From positions 3,472,001 through 3,536,000 of the forward strand of contig NC_042997.1 in NCBI RefSeq assembly GCF_006345805.1: DNA of 64,000 nucleotides, in the 5' to 3' direction. Shown here piece by piece: positions 54,460 through 64,000 of this stretch; within the stretch, counting starts at the first letter, position 1; the number at the start of each line of letters is the position of its first letter. The position numbers were made by a program, and so were the translations under genes. Source of the DNA: Octopus sinensis (Eukaryota). Under the pieces are notes generated by a model. That model saw only the letters and a program-made list of their open reading frames with translations. It had not been told where the DNA came from and searched no databases.

Positions 54460-55084
54460 TACATATGTATGTATACACACGCACACACACATATATATAT
54501 ATATATATTTACACACATACATGTATACATATTCATATCCACTACATATGTACGTATGTATTAATTTAAACGTAAGAGAAAACTTAGGAAAATGAAGTAG
54601 GAAAACGTTATTACATGAAATCCTTTCTTTATACTTATTTGCAAAGAGAAAATTGGATTACATTCAAAATAAAATCCACTGAGAGGAATATGCTGCATTC
54701 TTAATGTTTTTACTTTATTCAATTCTCTTCGTTATTCTTTTTTCCTGAAAGCTAAAAGCAATAACGAATGTATAGTGTTTTCAAGTAAATTAAAGATTGA
54801 GGAAAAGATGAGACTCAGTATTACTACTACTGTTATGGAAATAATCCTAAATATTCTAATTTCTTCGCAAGGCCAGTAACTTTCAGATAAGGGGAAGTCG
54901 ATTACACCGAACAGAGCATTGATCTGCTACTTATTGTACCTATGCCGAAAGGATGGAAAACGAAACCAATTTCAGCAGCATTTGAACTCCGCAGGTTAAG
55001 AAACGGTAAGAGTGCGGTGTATTTTATCTTAGGTACAAGGACTGTGCAGCTCATGTCTTTAATAATTATAAGAATGATTCTTTC

Positions 55085-55634
55085 TATCGGGTTGTCCGAT
55101 AAAGGAAAAAAAATGGTCAATAGATACTTGCCATTACACTTTTGATCAACTAAATATGAACCATTTTGTTGCACAATGCGTCTCCATCTTTCCTTTAACT
55201 TCAAAATACCCTCTTCCCAGAAATGAGGTGACCATTGCAAAGAATTCATCAAGGTATCTTTTTACGTCGTCCAAGGAATTGAAATTTTTACCATTAAGAC
55301 TATTCTGCAAAGACCTGAATAAGTGTAAATCCGAAGGAACAATAACTGTTGAATATGGAGGGTGGAGCAACACATCCCTGCCGAGCTTCAGCAATTTTTG
55401 CCTGGTTCCCAAAGCATCAAGTGCGGAAAATGAACTTTCTTATCTTCCATTTTAAAGGATTATAAAATTAACAAAGATTATAGGAACATACACCTTCTTC
55501 AATGAAAAGAAAGTTTACGCAGTTCTCTAAATGGAGGTGTAGTCAAATGTCATTTTATGGACTCAACCATGTTCTAAAATAAGTCGAAAGATAAGCTACT
55601 ATAAATCGGCACGAACTTTCCGGAGAAGCCAATA
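55085..55634 (-). mobile_element. 550-bp internally deleted mariner with TIRs
   Basis: ATG at 55450 gives MEDKKVHFPHLMLWE, fused to GTRQKLLKLG..HPPYS..PSDLHLFRSLQN..RWRRIVQQNGSY*; TIR TATTGGCTTCTCCGGAAAGTTCGTGCCGA at the right end and a partly deleted TATCGGGTTGTCCGA at 55085. Confidence 0.9.
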
Positions 55635-55639
55635 CTACA

Positions 55640-55830
55640 GGCTCAAGGCATGACAGTTTTCAGGAGGGGAATAATCGATTACATCAATGCCAGTGCTCAA
55701 CAGGAACTTATTTTACAGACCCCGAAATGATGAAGAGCAAAGTCGACCTCGATAGAATTTGAACTCAGAGCGTAAAGGCGGATGAAATGCCGTCAAACAT
55801 TTTCCCTGCTATTCTAAAGATTCTACAAGC
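55640..55830 (-). mobile_element. SINE (family of 44585-44780)
   Basis: AATCGATTACATC..GACCCCGAAA..AAAGTCGACCTCG..ATTTGAACTCAG. Confidence 0.65.
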
Positions 55831-55842
55831 TCATTGCATCAG

Positions 55843-55951
55843 TAGTAGTAGTATTAGTAGTAGTAGTATTAGTAGTGATAGTAGTAGCAGCAGCAGGATT
55901 TGTAATAGTAGTAGCATTAGTAGTATCAGTAGTAATAATATCAGTAGTATT

Positions 55952-55985
<34 letters not shown>

Positions 55986-55986
55986 A

Positions 55987-56038
<52 letters not shown>

Positions 56039-56070
56039 TAGTAGTAGTAGTTAGTAGTAGTAGTAGTAGT
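55843..56070. repeat. Compound (AGT)n/(AGC)n microsatellite
   Basis: Directly visible; gives the poly-Ser/poly-Tyr pseudo-ORFs. Confidence 0.95.
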
Positions 56071-56074
56071 AAAG

Positions 56075-57060
56075 GAGAAGAAGACATTCTAAAATATATA
56101 TGAAAATAATATATTGAAATCCTAATTTTGATCAAGAAATTTGATAAATGCGATCAACATATGTTGGGTAATTGCCATCACACGTTAACGTCTGCATAGG
56201 GAATTGGAAAGTAGATGAAATAGATGCATTAGACACGAAAAAAAGGATATCGCTTGATCTCTCTAATCATGCTTTGAGTGTTTAATCTGAATGCAAATTT
56301 CAGTCGTTTAATCATAAGACGGCTGATTAGTTGTAGTGGACTCACTCGCATTTCAGATTGTATAAAGAGAAAGTAAAGCTCGGCAAACGAATATCTCGCT
56401 AAAATTGAAGAAGGAACAATTAATCAAATTGTATTAGAAACAGGACGTCTTTGTGTAGAATCTCAAGGGATGAAACCTTACATGAAAATCTGAACAAAAG
56501 GAAACGCAAGAATATGTTATTATATGGAAATGTATGCACTTATTTTAGATGTGCAGCTACTGTAACACGTAGTTTTTGGTGGCTACTCATGAGGAAACTC
56601 TAAGCAGAATCGACTAATAGTGATAGTTATTCCATATGTTAAATGGGCGATTGCAGGACTTAGAATAAAGGACTTAATATATTCATAATAGAGGAGGATA
56701 AAAAAAGTTAGCTCAGAAATAATACGTGATATGATGTGTTTTGTGTTCATTTACCATATTTAAGAAAGCCGGTACAATAGTTTTCCAGAAAATGATAAAC
56801 CGACAATTACATTATAAACTGAAAATTCCATGGGACATCGAACAAACAGAACAATTGAACTCATTAGACAAGATATAATATAGCATATAAGTCATGACAC
56901 CGTATGAAATACAAAGGGATTCCTATTCGCAAAATCGAAGAAACATTTAGAAAATAAAGAAAATAGTTCTTATTATGCTGAATTAAAAATTAGGATATAT
57001 GAAGTATATCTAGAAGTATTAGTGCATTACATACTAAACATAATCTCTGGATAAGGATCA
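56075..57060 (+). mobile_element. Heavily decayed Dong/R4-like 3' region
   Basis: Scattered motifs in the expected order: AINIWV, W KVDEIDALDTKKR, KIPWD, RTIELIRQDII (cf. INWNLTELQRLDRKTR, ILWDF, RTIKANRPDII in the intact ORF). Confidence 0.55.
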
Positions 57061-57649
57061 CTTTAAAAGAAACACCCATCATTCCGAATTCGACGGGTAG
57101 ACATGAAGAGTGGCGTGTGCAATCAACAAATTCAACATTTTTATAGTGCTGCTCTCTCATATTTAGAAAGTTACGTTACCAAGGTAATATTTTAATATGT
57201 GACAGTGTGAATTTGATGTCAAAATACGAAAGCTGATAACAGCGCTTACTACGAGTCACCCATAGGCAGACACATACAGAGAAAGGAAAGCGCAGGCGGT
57301 TAATAGTCCCACCTTCTATTGAAAGTTACAACTATGAGACTTTCTACCTACATACAAGTGAATGAATGGAAAAGAAAGACGGTTCTGAAACATGATGATA
57401 CGATGTAGTTGCACTCAATGTTGGAAGACGCAAAAATATATCTCCAAGAAATGCAACTAAACCAACCATTACCCAAAGTAAAGGTGTCCGCAATAACCAA
57501 GGCAAATCAAATACAAACCATAGCCAAACACAACAACCTCAAATAAATTATGTAGAAATAAGAATAAGACGCGAAATAGGAGGAATAAAAATAATTAGAT
57601 TATTTGTTCATGACCCAGAATATTGGTTCATGTCATACAGGCATTTGAG

Positions 57650-60160
57650 AAAGCCTTAAAACATGTGGAAATAATTCCTGGAATACCACCCCCCAAAAAA
57701 AGCTAACAATGAATCTATTGTTATTAACGTGTCGGTTAAGAAAGGAGCTATTGTAATTATGGCCAAGTATGATTATTTTTCGGCTGTTGAAGAAGTTTAA
57801 AGTGACCAAATTTCATTTGAAGTATTACCTATCGATACAAGCCGCAATTAGAAAGAACTTGACACAATAATTATGGAAATGGACGGAAACAATTTCATTA
57901 ATAATGCTGCATCCAGGATTATATGCTCAGGAGGAAGAGCACCTGTATCTAATGGTCTCCACAAAATACACAAAAGTTTCGAAAAATGTCCTCCATGCGT
58001 CCATTTTGCTGCAGATATGAATGTTGTAAAGCCAAATCGTAGGAGTAGCTAAATGGCTTTCTACTCCCTGTAGTAAAAAGATCATGTGTCTATATTCGGA
58101 ATATTTTTGAATTTGTGTCCAAAGTTAGCATCATTTATAAGAATCGAAGTAGTGTTGAAAACTTTTTTATGGTAACCATGGACAATTTTTCACAATATTA
58201 AGCACGACGAGGGGATGGAAGAATGCCTTCGAAAAACGGTGAGACGAAAGCATTCCCTCCAAGTTTTGCTGGAAGCTTTTGAAGTTAGTATTACAAAGTA
58301 ACACAATGAAGTTCAGACAAAAATGTAAACATCAGGCGAGGGTTTGCGCCTTGTGGACACCCATAGCAGATAATTTCACTAATGATTCATGACGAAATTC
58401 GAGACAATCTTACCGAAGACATTCAAGTCCCTACATGGTCATGAACCAAATATTCAGGTCACGATTAATTGAAGACTTCTCTTTTGTCGGGGAATGATCA
58501 CTCGGTGGTTTAATTAACAATGTGAGTCTCTAATTTAGGTTGATAGGAATATCTCCTATATGTAACATGCTCGAGTTGTTACATAAAGTGTGGAGTTTGC
58601 ATTGTTAGATTGCTGTTCATAGAAAGAATCCATGTTCAGTGATTTCTTAAAGAAACCTGAATAAAGAATATTCAGAAGGCAAGTTTACAAAGCAAAAACA
58701 TTGTAATTTATTCAGTAGTATAGTGAGTGCTAGCAAGTGGTAACCAAATAAATGAGTATGCGACACAGGAAAAATCGCATGATTTACTATATACATCGAG
58801 GTTTAATTGATGTAGAGTGGAAGCTGATACTAATCAAATGAGTTGCGTCCAGTTGGTGGTGGACACAGAAAATGAGGCATTTTGAAGAAAGCATTATTTC
58901 TTCTATGCCGTCAAATCTGCAACTGGTTTTATACTGCTATTTCGCTGCTGCAGTGAGTTTCTTTTCTTTGACTGTTACGCTAATAAGTCGAAAATAAAAC
59001 TTACGCCTAGTTTTTCAAAAAATAGCGTTTGGGCATTGGGTACAAAATGTAAGTTTTCTGGAGGCAGAGTAGAGACAGAGCTATTTTGCACGCCCGCGAC
59101 ATCCCTCATTTGTCTCTACCGCCGCTCCGATCATGCACGTCATATAATTCCGTCAAATCCAAAATCCCAATTTATGAGGATAAAACGGATTCGCAGTTAT
59201 ATAGAGAATTACTAGAAACATGCAAATGCTGCTGTGCACCACTATGCCAAACGTGGTTGCAGTGAATCACGATTAAGGGAAATCACAAAAGACAGCTGGA
59301 ATTATCAAGGAATGGTAAGCTTCCACACATAATTTTAGCAAAAGAATTAAAATATGCTATTGAATTATTTTAGTGTTTATATATGTGATTGAACTCCTTT
59401 AGTGTTTATCTGCAACCGAAATTTTGCTGGCATTTCAGAACTGTTGCATGAAACTTACCAACATATTGCAGAAAATAACCACTTTTCAAACAAATATTCC
59501 CTCAGCCGCCTATTGTAGCCTTCAAACGGAATAGAATATCAGAAAAATGTTAACACCTACATCTGACCACACGAAAACTAACATTGGAGTTTCTGCACCT
59601 TAAAACACAACCGCAAGAGAGGCGAGCCTTTTTCATTGTGTCACAACGTGAGTCAATTTCACTTCCATCAGGAATCATAGCAGAAAGGCCATGGATTTTA
59701 CGGAAGGTAGGACTATAAAGATTCGTGTTTGGTGTACGCAGCAAAATGCACCAAAGATAAATTGGTTTATGTTGGTTGTACAACAGAACAATTAAACAAA
59801 AGATTCAATGTGCACAGATATGATGTCAGGCAAATAGCATAAGTTCGACAGAATTTGCTGGACATTTTAAATTAAGCGATTTCCAAGGAAAGCCTGAAAG
59901 CACACATTCTTCGAAAATATTCTGAATCTCCTGCACTCTCAGACCTTAAAATGAATGAGGACAAACATGTTTATAAGTTATTAACATCACGACCTAGAGG
60001 AATGAATAGAATGACACTGGCATTTCATTATATTTAAACAAAATTTTCTATTCGCTTTTTCACACTTCTTTTTCATTTTTCGTTTTTTTTTCTGCTTGAC
60101 AGTTGCATAACTGAAACCTGACGATGTAATAACGTCTACGGGGTAACGCAGGATCTTCTC
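57650..60160 (+). mobile_element. Near-complete decayed Penelope-like element (RT, thumb, linker, GIY-YIG)
   Basis: In order: KKGAIVIMAKYDY (57740), PVSNGLHKIHK (57942; YGLPKIHK-like), HNIKHDEG (58190), SDHARHII..KSQFMRIKRI (59125), IFPQPPIVAFKR (59495), LVYAAKCTKDKLVYVG..LNKRFNVHRYD (59729), EDK..YKL..PRGMN; degenerate hammerhead at 60117-60152. Confidence 0.8.
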
Positions 60161-60320
60161 CTTAAATGTGAATTTCTATAATTTTAAATTTGGGTTCATT
60201 TTACGTTTTGAACTTGAAAACGACGGGCGAGATATCGAAATATCGTTCAAACTATTTCAATCGCAACGCTCTCTTCGTTTTGTCATGATGATGATGATGA
60301 TAATCATAATAATAGTAAGA

Positions 60321-60365
<45 letters not shown>

Positions 60366-60427
60366 CTACTACTACTAATAATAATAATAACAACAATAAT
60401 AGTAATAATAATAATAATAATAATAAT

Positions 60428-60516
<89 letters not shown>

Positions 60517-60530
60517 TAATAATAATAATA

Positions 60531-60950
60531 GTTCCAGTACATACAGACCGAACCATCAAGGCCAATAAACCAGATATTGTTTCCAGTACATACATACCAA
60601 ACCATCAAGGCCAATAAACCAGATATTGTTTCCACTACATACAGACCGAACCATCAAGGCCAATAAACCAGATATTATTGTGAAAGATCAAAACAATAAA
60701 GTTTGCTTATTGATCAACAAGAGCATCCCCTGGTACATCATACATATTGAGAAGAACATTGTCGTTGTGAGAACTGTTGCTGCTCATGTATTTTAATTTA
60801 ACTTAAAAAAACAAAACATTTTTTAAATGAACGAACTATTGAGTTTGGTTTAATGGCCTACCAATGTATACTATGAGTTTCTTTGCCCTAGGAGTCGGGA
60901 AGACACACGGCAAGAAATGGAAGCAAATTTGAAAGAAGAAAGAAAAAAAA
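60531..60950 (+). mobile_element. Dong-like 3' fragment A (5' triplication and internal deletion)
   Basis: Three 49-bp copies of FPVHTDRTIKANKPDIV, then VKDQNNKVCLLI..SIP fused to GTSYILRRTLSL*, 3' UTR and AAT tail. Confidence 0.9.
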
Positions 60951-60984
60951 ATAATAATAATGATAATAACAATAATATAAAAAA

Positions 60985-61721
60985 AAACTGCTATTGAACT
61001 CGTGCAGGATACACAAACTGAACAACCCGAGGGAAGTACGGCAACTATTGTTGCAAAGAAGGTGAAAATAATGGCAACGAAAAAGCGCACGAGCAATTGG
61101 CTGATAGGTGGGAGGAGAAACCTCAGCACGGAAAATATGTGGCCCATAGCAAACAAGCTGATGTTGACCAGGTTTAAAAGCAGAGAGTGAAGGTTTCATC
61201 CTGGCTGCTCAAGAACCATCAAAGCCAATAAACCAGATATTGTTGTGAAAGATCAAAACAATAAAGTTTGCTTATTGATCGACACAAGCATCCCCTGTGA
61301 TCATAATATCTCGCCGAAAGAATTTGACAAGCTCAGAAAATATAAAGACCTGCTCATTGAAATTGAGTAAATGTGGCATCTCAAGGTGGTTACAATATCA
61401 GTGATCGTAGGAGCACTAGAAATGATCAACAAGGGAACCGAAAATTATATGAGAATGATCCCTGGCTTACCATCCCTGCAAGAAGTGCAAAATATTGTCT
61501 TAACTGGCACTTCAAATGTATTGAGAAGAGCATTGTCGATGTGAGAACTATTACTCCCCATGTATTTTAATTTAACTTTTTTTCTATAAAAAAAAATGAA
61601 CGAACTAGTGAGTTTAGTTTAATGGCCTACCAATGTATACAATGAGTTTTTTTGCCCTAGGTGTCGGGAAGACACTCGGCATGAAATGGAAGCAATTTTG
61701 AAAGAAGAAAATACCATAAAC
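60985..61721 (+). mobile_element. Dong-like 3' fragment B (two internal deletions)
   Basis: RWEEKPQHGKY..ADVDQ|GLKAESEGFILAAQ|TIKANKPDIVVKD..EFDKLRKYKDL..VIVGALEMI..LRRALSM*; AAT tail from 61722. Confidence 0.9.
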
Positions 61722-61759
61722 AATAATAATAATAATAATAATAATTTGGTATAAGAGAT

Positions 61760-61920
61760 GGGCTACAGCAAATATTCTGCTCAGTACCACAGATTTGCTT
61801 GCCAGTTGTTTGGCCTTAACCAGTTGACCATGTCTCTTAGTGGCTGACGATATATGCATCTCTAATCATGAGCACAGATAGTGGGGAAACACCATAGCCG
61901 TTTGTTGAAATTCACCTCTG
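61760..61920 (-). repeat. SINE-like interspersed repeat fragment
   Basis: GC-richer tract (AAATATTCTGCTCAGTACCACAGATTTGCTTG..AGTGGCTGACGATAT) that I recall as a common octopus repeat; not confirmable within the window. Confidence 0.4.
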
Positions 61921-62232
61921 GAAACGTGGGTGGTTCGTTCAAAATCCTTAAACAATCCTCATTCAGGACCTTTCGAGCGGGATGGGCTACTCGTCCAGAA
62001 GACATGTCTAACGGGGCCCACCTGCAAGGTTATGCGCTCTTTATCTAGATATGAGATTACCATGTTGCGCACATATGATTGTGAGGCATGGGTCTGGTGT
62101 AACCTTATCAGACTGGTAGTCATGATGAGTATACTGGGCTTCGTATATTTTACCCCAGTGTCACTTTGAAGGCATGTACTGCTCTCTCACTCAATAATAA
62201 TAATAATAATAATGATAATAATAATAATAATG

Positions 62233-62323
<91 letters not shown>

Positions 62324-62366
62324 TAATAATAATAAAAATAATAATAATATTAATAATAATAGTAAT

Positions 62367-62624
62367 GAAACCTATTTGAAAATTATTCCTGGCTTATCAT
62401 CACTACAGGAAGTGCAAAAAAATCGTATTAACTTGAACGGCTCATGTCCTGAGAAGAGCATTATCGCTGTGAAAACAACATCCATCCATGAATTTATTTA
62501 TTTATTAATTTTAAATACATATTTTATCTGTGAATTTGCGCGTGTAATCTGGGAATGCATATAATGAGCTTCTCTGCCCAGGGCGAGAAACGGAAGAACA
62601 TTTGAAGAAAGAAGAAAAAAAAAC
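62367..62624 (+). mobile_element. Dong-like 3' fragment C between (AAT)n tracts
   Basis: ETYLKIIPGLSSLQEVQK..HVLRRALSL*; flanked by AAT/AAC arrays 62190-62365 and 62625-62679. Confidence 0.85.
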
Positions 62625-62679
<55 letters not shown>

Positions 62680-64000
62680 GAGAACACCGGGGAACGTTTC
62701 AGATATAAGAAGGAAAATACAGAGCTCCGAAATCTATCCACAAACATCGAAAACAAGGACATCCTATGGAGCCAAATATTTACTAACAAAGAATTGGACT
62801 GTATCGGAGTAAGTAATACTAATTGAAATTTATTACTATTTTCGAAACGAAATGATGTATTTTGACTCGATATCATCTCCACCTCTAACACAACACATGT
62901 AAACATGCGTGGAACATCACGATCATCCCCGACCCCAAACACCATGTACAAAGGAACTACGAAGAAATTAAATGCGAAAGACTACACGTGCGAAATAATG
63001 TGACAACAGAAATAAACAGACCGGTACCCTACGAAAATGACGACCGTCAAAGTAATGGGCCGGACGTTGTACCTCATGTCCCGCAAATAAAACCCAAAAG
63101 ACGTAAATGCACACGTGAGGAATACATTTCTATCTTACACGCATACTTCACAGCAGTGCTCTACCCAAGAAATGAAAATACAACAACACATACATATAAA
63201 ATATGGAAGGAAAATAATAGAGATATAGACTTGCATACAGTAATGAACCCTAATAAATTAGCTAACGTACGAAGATACATTCTCAACACAAAAAATATAT
63301 CAGAAATAGAAATAGAACATCTAAAAGAAAAAGTACGCCAGGAAAATGTAGATAGAAGCCACACAACAATGCCCAATAATATAAACACTGAAACTGTAAA
63401 ACACGAAGACAAACGCAACATTCCCAACAAACACGATGTAAACAACGAAGGGGAGCCTAATGATTATGATAATATAAAAAATAAAATAATCAAAGAACTG
63501 AAAACCACAGAGCTCAAAATGGACCACCGACCATACCTCCCAAGAATCAAAATAAACGAAATAACAACACCAATTATAAACAGCTTAAACCTAGCCGTCA
63601 CTGAACTAATAGCCACTGAAACAAAAAAAGTGATATCACTGAGCTACATGAATTAATATACGCAGCAGCCACAAAAGAAGCTGGGTACTCACCCAAACCC
63701 GCCCAAACAGGAGTACCACCACCCAAACAAACCCTGTGGATAAATAACATCCAAAACAAAATTTTAAAAATTAGAAAAGACCTGTCGATTCTTAATGAAA
63801 TCAGCAAAGAATCAACGCTACTGAGCAACAAAAAGAAAACAAAAATACTCCGCAAATATAACATCACAGAAAAAGATTTGCCTGAGATAAAAGAAAAGCT
63901 GAAGCAAGATATCCTTGCCAAAGCACAAAGGATACGCCGGTACGAGAAACGCCAACGCTTCTTTGAACTAAATAACTCCGACCCCAAAAAGTTCTACCAA
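62680..64000 (+). mobile_element. 5' part of a second full-length-type Dong/R4 family (runs off the window)
   Basis: Starts GAGAA immediately after (AAT)n; encodes an N-terminal region homologous to ORF 32451 (CTREEY..NKLANVRR; LIYAAA; AKAQRIRRYEKR; PKKFYQ). Confidence 0.9.
62988..64000 (+). pseudogene. N-terminal part of Dong polyprotein with one frameshift at an A7 run (63623-63629)
   Basis: ORF 62988-63656 stops shortly after the A run; the shifted frame continues SDITELHELIYAAATKE.. open to the window end. Confidence 0.8.

Noticed and set aside
59550-59783. Cys-rich minus-strand ORF resembling a CXC domain
   Set aside because: It is antisense to a clear GIY-YIG endonuclease reading frame on the plus strand.
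60532-60680. CRISPR-like direct repeats
   Set aside because: The units are contiguous with no unique spacers, they encode part of the retrotransposon endonuclease, and the context is eukaryotic with no cas genes.

Overview
This is an AT-rich eukaryotic window saturated with microsatellites and transposable elements. I recognise no host protein-coding exon. The SINE families and the (TA)n/(CA)n/(ATCT)n/(AAT)n load resemble an octopus (coleoid cephalopod) genome; this is inference, not a database result. The centrepiece is an apparently intact 4.6-kb R4/Dong-like non-LTR retrotransposon (31904-36510) inserted in an (AAT)n tract. It carries one 1301-aa ORF with RT, a CCHC zinc knuckle and a restriction-like endonuclease. 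At least six more Dong-like copies are present on the same strand, nearly all bounded by AAT tracts (one follows an AGT tract). They include a head-to-tail pile-up at 60.3-64 kb that ends in the 5' part of a second near-intact family. Four Dong 3' UTRs share a covarying stem-loop. Also present: (i) a near-full-length decayed CR1/L2-type LINE whose ORF1 has tandem CCCH fingers (minus strand, 16.6-20.5 kb); (ii) several Penelope-like (RT/GIY-YIG) relics; (iii) two hammerhead ribozymes with intact cores and compensatory base changes, plus a diverged inverted pair of hammerhead-bearing repeats; (iv) mariner and maT relics, some with microhomology-bounded internal deletions; (v) a 0.93-kb non-coding element with ~200-bp terminal inverted repeats; and (vi) many tRNA-derived SINEs. 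Most short ORFs in the supplied track are microsatellite artefacts. Boundaries of decayed elements are approximate (tens of bp), and family assignments rest on motif recognition by eye.
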